The notes under the pieces: model-generated
What the model saw: the letters and a program-made list of their open reading frames with translations, nothing else
The model's database searches: none
What the model was told of the DNA's origin: nothing
In this document: positions 32,981 to 56,300 of the stretch, in pieces
How the letters are laid out: the number at the start of each line of letters is the position of its first letter
Numbering within the stretch: position 1 is the stretch's first letter
From: the human T2T-CHM13v2.0 reference genome, Homo sapiens
NCBI RefSeq assembly: GCF_009914755.1
Contig: NC_060940.1
DNA length: 64,000 nucleotides
Reading direction: 5' to 3' (one strand)
Position numbers and translations under genes: made by a program

Positions 32981-33608
32981 ATATCTCAGCGTGGTAGCAC
33001 ACACTGATAGCCCCAGCTACTTGGGGTGCTGAGGTGAGAGGATCACTTGAGCCCGGGAGGTCGGGACTGCAGTGAGCCATGATTGTGCCACTGCGCTCCA
33101 GCCTGGGGGACAGAGCAAGACCCTGTCTCAAAAACAAACAAAACCCAAACATAGACAGTCATTTCCGTTTTCCTGCTGAGATTCTTTACAAAGAGAGAAT
33201 TATTTTTATATTTAGTAAGAATAAGAATCCAAGAATCCCTGGGGAGTTTTTAAAATGCAGATTCCTCGGTCCTCCTACCTCTGCGGTATTCACCAGCTCC
33301 CCTCCCAGCCTCAGAAGGGTGGTTCTTATGGGCTGGGCACAGTGGCTTCCGCCTGTAATCCCAGCATTGGGAGGCCAGGGGAGGCCAAGGCAGGCAGATC
33401 GCCTGAGCTCACAAAAAAACTACAAAAATTAACGGAGTGTGGTGGCACATGCTTGTAGTCCTGGCTAACTGGGGAGCTGAGGAACGAGGATCACTTGGAG
33501 CCCAGGAGGTCGAGGCTGCTGTGAGCCAAGATCACGACGCTGCACTCCAGCCTGGACGACAAAGTGAGACCCACTCTCAAAAAAAATAAAGATGAAAAAT
33601 AAAGGTGA

Positions 33609-33977
<369 letters not shown>

Positions 33978-33988
33978 TAATTAATTAA

Positions 33989-34222
<234 letters not shown>

Positions 34223-35005
34223 TGATCCGCCTGCCTCGGCCTCCCAAAGTGCTGGGATTACAGGCATTAGCCACCGCGCCCGGCCCCATAATTTATTTTT
34301 TCTAGAGACAGGGTCTCCCTACATTGCCCAGACTGGACTTGAACTCCTGGGTTCCAGCCATGTCCAGCTTTTAGAAAGGTATTTTAATTTTACATGGGGA
34401 TGGCTAAACTGGGCGTGAATATCTTTTCTCTCTTCACACACCTTTGTAACAGCTGATAGAATCACCTGGGTCTGGAAAATGTCTGAGCTCTTAATTTCTA
34501 ATCACTCCTATTGAGATCATAGTAAAAGCAAGAGCAAATATTTATTTAGGACCTACTAGGCAAATTTGCATGACATTTGCATCGCAGTTGCATTTTTACC
34601 CTCACAACACTCCCAGGAGACAGTATTTTTATAATAATCATCTCCATTTCTCAGAGGAAACAGCCAATCCCAGCTGGTAAGTGGGAGAGCTGGGATTTGA
34701 ACTCAAGGCTGACTGTTTAACCTCCAGGCTGTGCTGCCTTCATCGACTAGACACCATAAGCATATGGCAGGTTCCCATGAGCACAAAGAACAGGAAGTCC
34801 AACCAGGCATGGTGGCGCATGCCTATAGTTCCAACTACAGGAGGCTTAGGTGGGAGGATCTCTGAGCCCAGGAGGTGGAGTTTGCAGTGAGTCATGATGG
34901 CACCACTGCACTCCAGGCTGAGTGACAGAGCAAGACTCTGTCTGAAAAAAAAAAAAAAAAAAAAAAAAAAGGAAAAAGAGAAAAACAGCCAGGCGTGGTG
35001 GGTCA

Positions 35006-35332
<327 letters not shown>

Positions 35333-35669
35333 TTAAGCAGGGCACCACTTATGCTATAAACATTGCTTCTTATTTTATTGCTATAAACCTTGATGATTAT
35401 TCCCCTATCCCTATGCAAATCAACACAGTGGGAAGATAAAGCAGATAGCAGGTTTGGTACCTGGTGGTCCCTGTCTCCTCTGCAGAGGTCAGGGATGCCT
35501 CTGAGAGACCGTGCTTATTTTTGTCTCTTGCAGTTTGTGACAACCACATGCACTCTGCGTCCCAGGGTAGCCCCTGGCTCGCAGCGGCCAGCAGAGCCGG
35601 ATTCTATGTAAGATGCAAAATGAGACCTGATGTGCGGCTGCTCCAGTTACTCATTTCCTCAGAGGGCTG

Positions 35670-36572
<903 letters not shown>

Positions 36573-37833
36573 TAGCTGTGATTACAGGCATGTGCTACCA
36601 CATCTGGCTAATTTTGTATTTTTAGTAGAGACAGGGTTTCTCTATGCTGATCAGGCTGGTCTCGAACTCCTGACCTCAAGTGATCTGCCTGCCTTGGCCT
36701 CCCAAAGTGCTGAGATTACAGGCATGAGCCACCGCGCCTGGCCTTTCTTTCTTTCTGTTTTTGAGACAGGATCTCATCCTGTTGCTGAGGCTGGAGTGCA
36801 GTGGCGTGATCTCTGCTCCCAGGCTCAAGTGATCCTTCTGCCTCAGCCTCCCAAGTAGTTGGGACCACAGGCATGTGCCACCACGACCAGCTAATTTTTG
36901 TATTTTTAGTAGAGACGGGGTTTCAACATGTTGCCCAGGCTGATCTCGAACTCCTGAGCTCAGGTGATCCACCCATCTCGGCCTCCGAAAGTGCCGGGAT
37001 TATAGACGTGAGCCACTGTGCCCGACCCCTGGCCAGTGTTTCTGATGGCTTCCATTTCTGGGCCCTCCTGGGGCCTTTAGGTTTTGCAAGATGCTATAAG
37101 GATACTGATCCTTATAGCAAACCCTCCCTTTTGCTTAAGATAGCTGCATTCCTGGCTCAGCAGATGCCTAACAACAGAGGAAGCATTTGGTTACAGCTAT
37201 CATTCTCCTGTATTGACAGGGAGAGACTTGCCAAACACCCCGGAGAGGTGAGATTGGGATTATACCCAGTTTACCAAGGAAGAGTTGGTGGTGGTGATGC
37301 TGGGTGTCCCTGGAGGTAGTGATGAAAAATGATGTTTGACTCTTTGTGGTTGATGGATGAGAATATACCCACTTCCACCCCCCTGAACTGTAGCTATTCT
37401 AGGAAGCAGCTCTGGCATCAGTGAGAGTAGCTTCCACAAGGAGAATGCTCCATGGGTATATTAAAAGAAATCCTTTCCATGAACCCTAAAAGCGTCCTGC
37501 TAGACAGTTTGACTACAGGTCTTTTCCATTTCTCTGGGTCACAAGGCCCAGGACAGTGAGTCCATGTCATTTTCACGGTGAATGTGGTGATTTCTCCCTG
37601 CTCTGTAAAACACCAGGAGTAGGATTATTTTATATCAGATCCATGATTTGTTTGTTTGTTTGTTTGAGACAGGGCCTCACTCTGTCGCCCAGGCTGGAGT
37701 GCAGTGGCACTGTCTTGGTTCACTGCAACTTCCCTTTCCCAGGTTCAAGCGATTCTCCTGCCTCAGCCTCCTGAGTAGCTGGGATTACAGGCACCCGCCA
37801 CCCTACCCAGCTAATTTTTGTATTTTTTAGTAG

Positions 37834-38103
<270 letters not shown>

Positions 38104-38310
38104 TAAGTAGCTGGGACTACAGGCACCCGCCACCATGCCTGGCTAATTTTTTTGTATTTTTAGTAGAGATGGGGTTTCACCGTGTTAGCCAGGATGGTCT
38201 CGATCTCCTGACCTCGTGATCCGCCCGCCTCGGCCTCCCAAAGTGCTGGGATTACAGGCGTGAGCCACCGCACCTGGCAACCTTGTGTAAATCTAAATGT
38301 CGCCTGCTAG

Positions 38311-38786
<476 letters not shown>

Positions 38787-38947
38787 TAAGGCTGGTCAGA
38801 CTGACTCCTCCCCCTGGCCACTGGATTGGCTCAATAGACAGGCATGTGACTCAGGCTGGACCAATCAGAATTTTCTCTAGGATTGGCCAGGCACAGCGGC
38901 TCAAGCCTGTAATCCCAGCACTTCGAGAGGCTGAGGCGAGGGGATCA

Positions 38948-39227
<280 letters not shown>

Positions 39228-39654
39228 TTAGGAAGGGACAATTTAGGATCCCAAAGCTCAAGCTTCATGACTCTCCCGTGAAGGCACCTCTGTTTGCACC
39301 CCAGAATCAGTCACTTCATTTGTTTTCAGTTATTACTTTCTTCTGAACATTATGTCAGATTAAGCTAAAGCATTGTGTCCTGACTGCATTAGCCTCTGTC
39401 TACAAGGCTCCTGATAGCTGGCAAATGGTTAAGAATATTGATACTGTTTCTGTGTTAACTGTATCAAAAAAAATTAATCTCACCGGTACTCTCTGTTCTC
39501 TCTTTTAGTAACCAATTTAGCAGCTCCGTGCACTCAATTCAGCTCCTACTAACAACACAGAAAAGCTTAATAATAGGTGTGAGATACTGTGCTAAGTGCT
39601 TTAAAGACATTTTCTTATTTAATCTTGTTGAGAACCCCGAGAGGCAGCATAAGG

Positions 39655-40891
<1,237 letters not shown>

Positions 40892-41114
40892 TAGATATTA
40901 CTCTCATTTCACATTTGAGAAAACTGAACTCAAAGAAGTTATGTAATATAAATGAGTCACTCAGCTAGTAAATGGCACAGCTGGGTCTGTCTGGCTTCCA
41001 GGCTAATGCCCTTAATCACACCAGTATGAGGATTAGCTTGAAGCATCCATGTCCTATCACCCCCGTTTCTGCAAGACAACTCATAACAACAACAGGAATA
41101 ATGGGAGCTAATAA

Positions 41115-41351
<237 letters not shown>

Positions 41352-41509
41352 TAGTAGAGACGGGGTTTCGCCATGTTGGGCAGGCTGGTCACTCCTGCCC
41401 TCAGGTGATCCACCTGCCTCGGCCATGCTGGTATTACAGGTGTGAACCACCTTGCCCAGCCATTCAGGCACTGTTTTAAGTGATTAACCTGCATTCATTC
41501 CTTTTTTAA

Positions 41510-41719
<210 letters not shown>

Positions 41720-41928
41720 TAGCCAGGATGGTCTCAATCTCCTGACCTCGTGATCTGCCCGCCTCGGCCTGCCAAAGTGCTGGGATTACAGGCGTGAGCT
41801 ACCGCGCCCGGCCTAACCTGCATTCATTCTTTAAAATAGTCACTTTTTTTTTTCTTTTTTTGAAACAGAGTCTTGCAGCCTTGACCTCTCGGGCTCAAGT
41901 AATCCCCCAGCCTTAGCCTCCTGAATAG

Positions 41929-42321
<393 letters not shown>

Positions 42322-42324
42322 TAG

Positions 42325-42516
<192 letters not shown>

Positions 42517-43045
42517 TGATGTGCCTGCCTCAGCCTCTCAAAGTGCTGAGATTACAGGTGTGAGCCACCATGCCTGGCTTTTTTTTTTTTTTGAGACAGG
42601 GGTCTGGGACTGTTTTCCCAAGCTATAGTGCAGTGGCACAATCATGGCTCACTGTAGCCTTGAACTCCTGAGCTCGAGCAATGCTTCCAACTCAGCCTCC
42701 CTACTAGCTGGTAGCTGGGACTAAAAGTGTGCACCACCACGCCTGACTAATTTTTGTATTGTTTTGTAGAGATGGGCTGGGGGGGTGGTGGGGAGTTGGC
42801 CATGGCTGGTCTCAAACTTTCGGACTCAAGTGATCCACCTGCTTTAGCCTCCCAAAGTGCTGGGATTACAGGCTTGAGCCTCTGTGTCCAGACAATTCTT
42901 TAAAAATTTTTTTCAGAGATGAGGTCTCACTATGTTGCCCAAGCTGGTCTTGAATTCTTGGGTTCGAACTATCTCACCACTTTGGCCTGTCAAAGTGTTG
43001 GGATTACAGGTGTGAGACACTGTGCCTGGCCTTTTTATTTGTTGA

Positions 43046-43159
<114 letters not shown>

Positions 43160-45749
43160 TGAGTAGCTGAGATTACAGGCGTGCGCCACCATGCCCAGCT
43201 AATTTTTGTATTTTTAGTAGAGACGGGGTTTTACCATGTGGCCAGGCTTGTCTCAAACTCCTGATCTCAGGTGATTCGCCCATCTCAGCCTCCCAAAGTG
43301 CTGGGATTACAGGCCTGAACCACTGTGCCCAGCCTCTTGCATATCATTAATTTAGGAGCGGAAAACCTTTCCAAGTGTACAAAAAGGATGCTAACCACAT
43401 GCTCACTGCTTGTCTAAGTGCTTAATATGTACTCCTTGCAACAACCCCCAAGGTAAGTTATATTATTATCATTCCTCCTTATAGATAGACAGGTGTGCCT
43501 CCTGAGGCACAGAGAGATTAAGGAATTTGTCTAAGGTCACACAGCAGTATGAAACAGAGCAGAGATTTCAACCTAGAAAGTCCGACTAATCACACACAAT
43601 GGTGAACTCCAGCATTTAACTTACTAGGGGAAGAAAGGAAGGAGCTTTTTTGTTTTGGAGATGGAGTCTCCCTGTGTCACCCAGGCTGGACTGCATTGGC
43701 AAGATCTCAGTTCACTGCAACCTCTGCCTCTTGGTTCAAGTGATTCTCCTGCCTCAGCCTCTCGAGTGGCTGGGACTACAGGTGTGAGCCACCAAGCCTG
43801 GCTAATTTTTTTTGGTTTTTTTTTGCATTTTGAGTAGAGATGGGGTTTTGACATGTTGGCCAGTCTGGTGTAAAACTCCTGACCTCAGGTGATCTACCCA
43901 CCTTGGCCTCCCAAAGCACTGGGATTACAGGGATGAGCCACCGAGCCTGGCCGGAAGGAGCTTCCAAAATGTTAGTTAAAGCACCCCAATCCCTTGCTGG
44001 GCCTAGTTAATACTTTTTAAGTTGAGATGATAATATTTTGCACATACTGGGTTAAATAAAATATGTCGCTAAAATTATTTCCACCTGTTTCTTCTTGCTT
44101 TTTTTTTTGAAACAGAGTCTTGCTCTGTCACCCAGGCTGGAGTGCAGTGGTAGGATCATGGCTCACTGCAGCCTCGACCTCCCAGGCTCAAATGATCCTT
44201 CCACCTCAGCTTCCTAAGTACCTGGGACCACAGGCAAGTGTCACCATACCTGGCTAATTTTATTTAACAAAAATTTTTGGTAGAGATGAGGTCTTTCTAC
44301 ATTGTGTTGAACTCCTGGGCTCAAGTGATCCACCCGATTCAGCCTCCCAAGTGCTGGGATTATAGGTGTGAGCCACTGCACCCGCCCCTTTACCAATCTT
44401 TTTTTTTTTTTTTGAGACAGAGTCTCACTCTATTGCCCAGGCTGGAGTGCAGTGGCACGATCTCGGCTCACTGCAACCTCTGCCTCCTGGGTTGAAGTGA
44501 TTCTCCTGCCTTAGCCTCCTGAGTAGCTGGGATTACAGGCACGCACCACCAGGCCCAGCTAATTTTTTTGTATTTTTAGTAGAGATGGGGTTTCACCATG
44601 CTGGCCAGGCTGGCCTCGACCTCCTGATCTTGTGATCTGCCCGCCTCGGCCTCCCAAAGTGCTAGGATTACAGGCGCAAGCCACTGTGCCCAGCCTGCCT
44701 TTACCAATCTTAGACACCTCTTGGAATATTCCCTGGAATTATGACAACCCGCTGAGACTCCAAGCACCACTGCCAAATCCGTCTCCCAAAGCACCACTAA
44801 GCTCCTTTCCAAAAACCTGCCAGCACTGACTTCTGTGTGAGTGAGTCCAAATTTTCTAGACTGTCATGCAAGACCTTCTGATTAGCATCAGCTCTCTTAG
44901 CACATACAGGATGTGGCTGTGGCATCCCAGGGACCTGGATTCAAGTCATGCCTCCCCTTCTTGGTAGGTGTGTGATCCTAGGCAAGTCACTTCACTGTTC
45001 TGGCTTCCATTACCTCATCTGTGGAATGGGGATGATAATATGCACCTTGTAGGGACAATGATGTCTTCAGCACAGAGCTGAGTGTGCAATGAGCACTTAC
45101 CACTGTGAATCCATATTATTATTACATGGTGTTTTCTTTTCTTTTTTTTTTTTGAGAAAGAGTCTCACTGTGTCACCCAGTCTGGAGTGCAATGGCTTGA
45201 ATATAGCTCGCAGCAGCCTTGACCTGCCAGGCTTAAGTGATTCTCCTGCCTCAGCCTCCCAAGGAGCTGGGACCACATGGGTGTGCCACCACTCCTGGCT
45301 AATCTTTTTTTTTTTTTTTTTGAGACGGAGTCTTGCTCTGCCTCCCAGGCTGGAGTGCAGTGTCGCGATCTCAGGTCACTGCAAGCTCCGCCTCCTGGGT
45401 TCACGCCATTCCCATGCCTCAGCCTCCCGAGTAGCTGGGACTACAGGCACCCACCACCACGCCCCGCTAATTTTTTTGTATTTTTAATAGAGACAGGGTT
45501 TCACCGTGGTCTCTGTCTCTTGACCTCGTGATCCGCCCGCCTCAGCCTCCCAAAGTGCTGGGATTACAGGCGTGAGCCACCGCACCCGGCCGACTCCCAG
45601 CTAATCTTTAAATTTTTTGTAGAGACAGGGTCTTGCCATGTTACCCAGGCTGGTGTTGAACTCCTGGACTCAAGTGATCCTCCCACCGCAGCCTCCCAAA
45701 CTGCTGGGATTACAGGTATGAGCCACCCACCCAGCTTACTTTGTGCTAA

Positions 45750-45887
<138 letters not shown>

Positions 45888-46513
45888 TAGTGGCACCGGC
45901 CACCACGCCTGGCTAATTTTTGTATTTGTAGTAGAGACAAGGTTTCACCATGTTGGCCAGGCTGGTCTCGAAGTCCTGATCTCAGGTGATCCTCCCAAAG
46001 TGCTAGGATTACAGGCGTGAGCCAGGTCGCCCAGACTTTTTTTTTTTTTTAAGAGATAGGGTCTTGCTCTGTGTCCCAGGCTGGAGTGCAGTGTTGCAAC
46101 CATAGCAATCATAGCTCACTGCAGCCTGTAACTCCTGGGCTCAAGCAACGTTCTTGTCTCAGCCTCCGGAGTAGCTGGAACTACAGGTGTGAGCTACCGC
46201 ACCCAGCCTTATAATTACTTTGGTTCTATTTACCCTCCCAGCTGGCTAGGCTGGTCTGGTGACCATAGTGTAAGGAGGAGTGCCTCATTCTTGCCAATAA
46301 TAGCGACAAGGATGAGGATAGTCAAACAACTCACATCTACTGAGGTCTATTCTGTGCCAGGTACTGTTGGGGCCACACTATAACTTCCATGGACCCTTCC
46401 TTCATGAAAAAATATTGTCATTCATGACTGTATTGGTACAAAGAGAAATATAAGGGAGACTGGATTATATTCATTTTTCAGTTCTTATTTATTTATTTTT
46501 GAGATAGTCTTAG

Positions 46514-46612
<99 letters not shown>

Positions 46613-47188
46613 TGAGACCACAGGCACAAGCCACTACACCTGGCTGATTTTTTTTTTTTTTTTTGTAGAGCTGGGGTTTCACCATGTTGCCCAGGCTGGT
46701 TTCGAGCTCCTTAGCTAAAGTGATCCACCCAGCTTGGCCTCTGAAAGTGCTGGGAATACAGGCGTGAGCCACTGCACCCAGCCTATTTTTTTTTTTTTAC
46801 TTCTAATATTAAAAGAAATTTAAACAATTCCCTGGGCCCCTAAAAATATTGAGGGACCTAGGCACTGTGTCTAATGTAGATCTTGGTCCTGTGCATAGTG
46901 CTAAGCACATTGTGATTTGTCATGACAGCTCCAGGGAGCAGGGACAGGGTGGAATACCCTTTATTTCTAGGATTTATTCCTGAAGACTTGGCATTATTTT
47001 ATTGTGTTATGTTATGTTATTTGCTTATGAGACAGGGCCTCACTCTGTTGTCCAGGCCGGAGTACAGTGGTGTAATCACAGCTCTTTGTAGCCTCGACCT
47101 CTCAGGCTTGTGATCCTCCCCCTCCCACTTCCAGAGTCACTGGAATTACAGGAGTGAGCACGCCCAGCTTGGCATTGTTTTATTTTAA

Positions 47189-47415
<227 letters not shown>

Positions 47416-47920
47416 TAGTCTTGAACTCCTGATCTCAGGTCATCCACCTGCCTCGGCCTCCCAAAGTGCTGAGATAACAGGCATGAAACACTGCACCTGG
47501 TCTATTTATTTATTTTGAGACAGAATTTCCTACTCTCACCTGGGCGGGAGTGCAGTGGTGCCATCTCTGGTCACTGCAACCTCTACCTCCTGTGGCTCAG
47601 CCTCCCAAGTAGCTGGAATTACAGGCATATGCCACCACGCCCAACTAATTTTTGTATTTTTAGTAGAGACGGAGTTTTGCCATGTTGGCTAGGCTGGTCT
47701 TTAACTCCTGGGCTCAAGCAATCCACCTGCCTCAGCCTCCCAAAGTGCTGGGATTACAGGCATGAGCCACTGCACCCGGCCATGATTTTAAATTCGTATA
47801 ATTCATTAGCAAGCCTGACTCAAGTTGGCAAATATGTCGATTTCCCAAAGAAACTCACATAGCAGGAGCCATCAAATAAATAGTCAGTATTATAGGGCTG
47901 ACAATCCTCAGACCTAGTAA

Positions 47921-48250
<330 letters not shown>

Positions 48251-48790
48251 TGAGCAAAAAGCGGGGAAAGTGGCTGCTGGGGGAACCACACCGAACTTCT
48301 CAAAGGCAGGGACCATGTTTTAGGTGTCTCCTTTTGCCTACATGGGGCTTATAACTCAAGCAATGTTTGTGAATGAAAAAAGCCAAAGAGGCCGGGCACA
48401 GTGGCTCAAGCCTGTAATCCCAGCACTTTGGGAGGCCGAGGTGTGTGGATCATCTGAGGTTGGGAGTTTGAGACCTGCCTGGCCAACATGGCGAAACCCC
48501 AGCTCTACTGAAATATAAAAATTAGCCGGGCGTGGTTGCTCATGCCCATAGTCTCAGCTACTTGGGAGGCTGAGGCAGGAGAATGGTTTAAACCCAGGAG
48601 GCAGAGGTTGGATTGCACCACTGCACTCCAGCCTGGGCGACAGAGTGAGACTGTCTCAAAAAAAAAAAAAAGCAAAAGAGAATTTATTTAAGAGTTTGAT
48701 TCAGCTGCAGTGGCTCACGTTTGTAATCCCAGCACTTTCGGAGGCTGAGGCAGGAGGATCTCTTGAGCCCAGAATTTCGAGACCAACCTA

Positions 48791-49000
<210 letters not shown>

Positions 49001-49103
49001 TTAAGGAACATTTTTTCCTGAAACATGGTTCATGATAAATTTAATCTCTAAAAATGTTTTAGGAGGAAATGTTGTAAGTTCAATAAAATGCCTTTCTCTG
49101 TAC

Positions 49104-50003
49104 CTGTGGCAGGTAGGCAGAATAATGACCCAAAAGGTGTTCACGTCCTAATCCCTGGGACCTGTGAATATGTTATGTTACACCGCAATGAGAAAATAAG
49201 TTTGTAGATAGAATTAAGGTTGCTGATCAGTTGATCTGAGATGGGGAGAATACGATGGCTTATCCAGGTGGGCCCAATGTAATCAGAAGGGTACTTACAA
49301 GAGGAGGCAGCAGGCTTAAAGAAGAAAAAAGGATCAGGTGCAGTCCCTCACGCCTGTAATCCCAACACTTTGGGAGGCTGAGGCGGGTGGATCACGAGGT
49401 CAGGGGTTTGAGACCAGCCTGGCCAATATGGTGAAATCCCGTCTCTACTAAAAGTACAAAAAATTAGCCGGGTGTGGTGGTGCATGCCTGTAGTCCCAGC
49501 TACTCAGGAGGCTGAGGCAGGAGAATCACTTGAATCGGGAGGTGGAGGCTGCAGTGAGTTGAGATCGCACCACTGCACTCCGGCCCGGGTGACAGAGCAA
49601 GACTCTGTCTCAAAAAGAAAAACAAACAAACAAACAAACCAAAAACTGGAAAAGGCAAGAAAAAGGATTTTCCAGCTGGGCGTGGTGGCTCACCCCTGTA
49701 ATCCCATCCCTGTGGGAGGCCAAGGTGGGAGGATTACTTGAGCCCAAGATGTCGAGGCTGCAGTGAGCTTTGGTTGCACTACTGCACGCCAACCTGGGCG
49801 ACAGAGCTAGACCCAGTCTTAAAAAAAAAAAAGGATTATCTTCCAGAGCCTCCAGAAAGGAAATACAGCCTTTCTACCCTGATTTCAGCCCAGTGAGACC
49901 CGTTTTGAACTTCTGACCTCCCGAACGGTAAGATGATAAATGTGTGTTATTTTAAGCCAGCAAGTTGGTGGTAATCTGTTACGGCAGCCCTAGGTCACTG
50001 ATA
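49104..50003 (+). mobile_element. MLT1D-like MaLR solo LTR interrupted by two Alus
   Basis: 5' GGCAGAATAATGACCC…CCTAATCCCTGGGACCTGTGAATATGTTA; 3' AGAGCCTCCAGAAAGG…CTTCTGACCTCC…ATAAATGTGTGTTATTTTAAGCCA…GTAATCTGTTACGGCAGC. Confidence 0.85.
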
Positions 50004-50029
50004 CGTCATCTCCGGTGTCTAGTCCCTAG

Positions 50030-50843
<814 letters not shown>

Positions 50844-51612
50844 TGAACTCTTGGCCTCAAGCAATCCTCCTGCCTTGGCCTCCCAAAGCCCTTGGCTTAC
50901 AGGTGTGAGCCTGTACCGTCAAGACGAAGAAACGGAGGCTCTGAGAGGGGAGATCCTAAGCCTGCTGGTGGATGGAGGAGCTGAGTTTGAACCCAGGTCT
51001 GCATCTGGAGCCCCAAGCTCTGTGCACGTCCCACTGCCACCTCCCCACCGGGTTCATGATATCATTTCTCAGAGGCCTTGGTTGGTCCCAGCCGCAGCTT
51101 TGTCTCCCTTGCCCACCGCTGTGCTGGCTTAAGCGAACTCATAGCTATGCTCCTTCCCTTTTCCCCCATCGGAAAAGGGAGCAGGATTACTTACAGTAAA
51201 TGAAAACCAAGACTTGTACAGGAAGCACGGCCCGATCCATTACAGGGTTATTCTAGCCCATAATGTACCTGTGCACTTTCAGACACAGCCAGACTGTCTG
51301 AAGAGGGGTCGAGAGGGTTTCAACGGGCCAGTGGGATCAAGGCTCAGAAATGCAGAACTGACGGGGAGCAAAGCCCCCGCCCCCCAGCAGTGTGCTCATT
51401 CCCACGGGACTCCTGGGGACTGCCATCGCACCCACGCACTCCAGAACGTGCGGCTGGCTCAGAGGTGGGGGTGTCCACCGCAGTCCTGGGTTTCTGAGCC
51501 TGTTGTTCCTTCCCTAGGGGCGCAGGGAGGGCCTTCCAGCGCCAAATCACCAGCCATAGCTCAGGGCCCTGACCCCGGCTGGGCTCAGATTCAGCCCCTG
51601 CTTGCGGTCCTC

Positions 51613-51629
51613 GCACCCTCTAGTGGCCA
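51613..51629 (-). promoter_or_regulatory. CTCF motif (TGGCCACTAGAGGGTGC on - strand)
   Basis: Near-consensus CTCF core in a unique, CpG-containing island (~51200-51830). Confidence 0.75.
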
Positions 51630-52031
51630 CGGGGAGAAAGAAGTAGCTCAGCGGAGATTCTGGAGCTGGGTCCGGGTGGACACTGCACCCCACCCGGCAA
51701 GCAGGAGAGAGAACCCAGAAGAACGGATGACTCCCTCACACGCCTCTTTCTAAAGCATGCTGGCGCTGAATAACCACAGGGGTCCGTGATCTTAATCAAT
51801 TACATGTGTCCGGCCTTATTAGCTCTTAAAGGAATCTTGTTTTCTCTCTCGCTGTTTTTTTTTTTCCTTTGAGACAGGGTCTCACTTTGTTGCCCAGGCT
51901 GGAGTGCAGTGGTGCGATCATAGCTCACTGCAACCTCTAACTCCCGAGCTAGATTCTCCCACCCCAGCCTCCCGAGTAGCTGGACTACAGGAGCACCACC
52001 ACACCAGGCTAATTTATTTATTATTTTTTTA

Positions 52032-52423
<392 letters not shown>

Positions 52424-52995
52424 CTAGGATTACAGGTGTGAACCACTGCGACTGGCTGATACTCAGCTTTTTTTTTTTTTTTTTTTTTTTTTTGAGACAG
52501 AGGCTTGCTTTGTCACCCAGGCTGGAGTGCAGTGGCATGATCACAGTTCACTGCAGCCTTGAACTCCTGGACTCAAGCCATCCTTCCACATTAGCCTCCT
52601 GAGTAGCTGGGACTACAGGTGCACACTACCATGCCAAGTCGATGGAAGAGCTGGGTTCAAGCTTTATTTTTATTTATTTTTATTTTTTTTACTTTTTGTA
52701 GAGACGGGGTCTCACTGAAGTGTTGCCCAAGCTGTATTCGTGTATTTTTGATCCATAAAAAGTCAATTTCATATGGTTCAGCCTAAATTTCAACAATTCA
52801 CATGCTTACTTATTCACATCCCCAAAGGGATCCACAGAGATTTCTTCCTGAAATACGATGACCTAGAGCAAGCAAGTTAAAATAAATAAAAAATAAATAA
52901 ATAAATAAATAAAAAAGAGTCACCTCAAACCACTTAAAAGGAAGACAGGACAATTGCCAAAAAAAGAGACAGTCATTGAATGTTTTCAGTTTTAG

Positions 52996-53310
<315 letters not shown>

Positions 53311-53702
53311 TGAGTTTAGTTGTTTCTAGGAATTCAAGGTGAAAATGGAAAGATGAGAGTGTAGGCTGTCTGCTGTCAGATAAAAGGAACTAAGTTGAGA
53401 AGGGGTTACAGATGTTATCCTCAGCCCAAATCCGGGAGAACAATGTCCAAGTTAACACTTAAAGTCTCAGCAAGTCATCATCTCCTGAACTTCAGTTCTG
53501 ACAAAATGACATTTTTCTTTAGGCTGAAGGAGTTAACAGTGAGTGGCTTTTAGTTCCAGCAGAGAACTAAACTAAAAGTTTAGGCTGAAGTGTAGTGGCA
53601 TCACTACAGCAGAAGGCAATTATTGGATCAAAGGGACAGTTTAGTGCACCTTTCGAAGACACTAATTTGATGCAGAGGTGACAACCAAATCCTGATCCAT
53701 GA

Positions 53703-54207
<505 letters not shown>

Positions 54208-54270
54208 TGAGCCACCATACCTGGCTGACACTTTCTTATTTATTATTTTTATTTTATTTTATGTTTTTGA

Positions 54271-54584
<314 letters not shown>

Positions 54585-54614
54585 TAGGGAATGTGTTAAC
54601 ACTTTACTTTTTAA

Positions 54615-54836
<222 letters not shown>

Positions 54837-55126
54837 TGACCTCAGGTGATCCACCCGCCTTGGCCTCCCAAAGTGCTGGGATTACAGGCGTGAGCCACTG
54901 CGCCCAACCAAACAATTTAAATTTTCATATAAACATCTATTTTATTCTCACAGCATTAAAATATAAACAAACAAAACCCCAGAAAGCTTCAGGGTCAGGT
55001 AAGAATTTGTTTCGTGCAGGGTTTCTCTAGATCAGCAAACAACACGCTTTGGGGGCCTTACTTTGAAAGAAATCCAGATTCAGAATTCACAAGCTTGGTT
55101 TTCCCAGCCGCTGTGGTCCATAATTA

Positions 55127-55612
<486 letters not shown>

Positions 55613-55769
55613 CTAAAAAAAAAAAATTTAATTTATTTTTGGAGAGACAGGGGTCTCGCTGTGTTGCCCAGGCTGGTCTCCAACTCCTGGCCTCAAGCGA
55701 TCTTCCCACTTCAGCCTCCCAAAGTGCTGGCATCACAGGCATGAGCCACACCGCCCCCTAGGCCTTCAG

Positions 55770-56300
55770 TTTCAGGTGGGAGTCCTGAGATGGGGACTGG
55801 AGCTCCCGGATTTGGATGTTAAAGGGAAAAAGTGACTCCAAGCGAGGAGAGCCCTGGAGACCCTTTGCGTTTCCCAGGCTACAGAATTAATCCGGGCGCA
55901 CCCAGCAGTGGGGGAGCTGTTCTTCCCATTGGCGTCCCCTCTCCCCTCTCTGCCAGCACAGGGCCGGCTGGGGGCGACGACGGTGCGTGCGGAGGACGCG
56001 AGCTCCATCTGCCGCCTGCAGGGGTGGGAGGGAAGCAGGCTGGACCACTTTGGGACTGAGCTCCCGGGAGGAGGAGGCGGCGGCAGCAGCTGCCTGCCTG
56101 CCCCCATGCCAAGTCCGGCTCCTGTTTCTCACCTGGTGGGAGTCGTAGTGAGCAAACCAGCGGAGGGAGATACTCTGAGTTCCTTTTCTTGCAAATGGGA
56201 CAGCAAGACGTGGGAATAAATCACCCAGGCCTCGTGCTGGAGCAGAGCGAACACGGGCTGTTCTGCTTTGGATTCTGCAAGCCTCCTCCCCCAACTTCTA
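55770..56300. promoter_or_regulatory. Small orphan CpG-rich element with a CTCF-like motif (56001-56015, -) and a ZNF143/THAP11-like motif (56137-56149)
   Basis: Local CpG enrichment. GCGGCAGATGGAGCT and ACTACGACTCCCA read on the - strand. Confidence 0.55.

Noticed and set aside
51214-51753. 179-aa ORF in unique sequence
   Set aside because: TTG start, no recognisable homology or exon context. Better explained as GC-rich regulatory DNA around a CTCF site.
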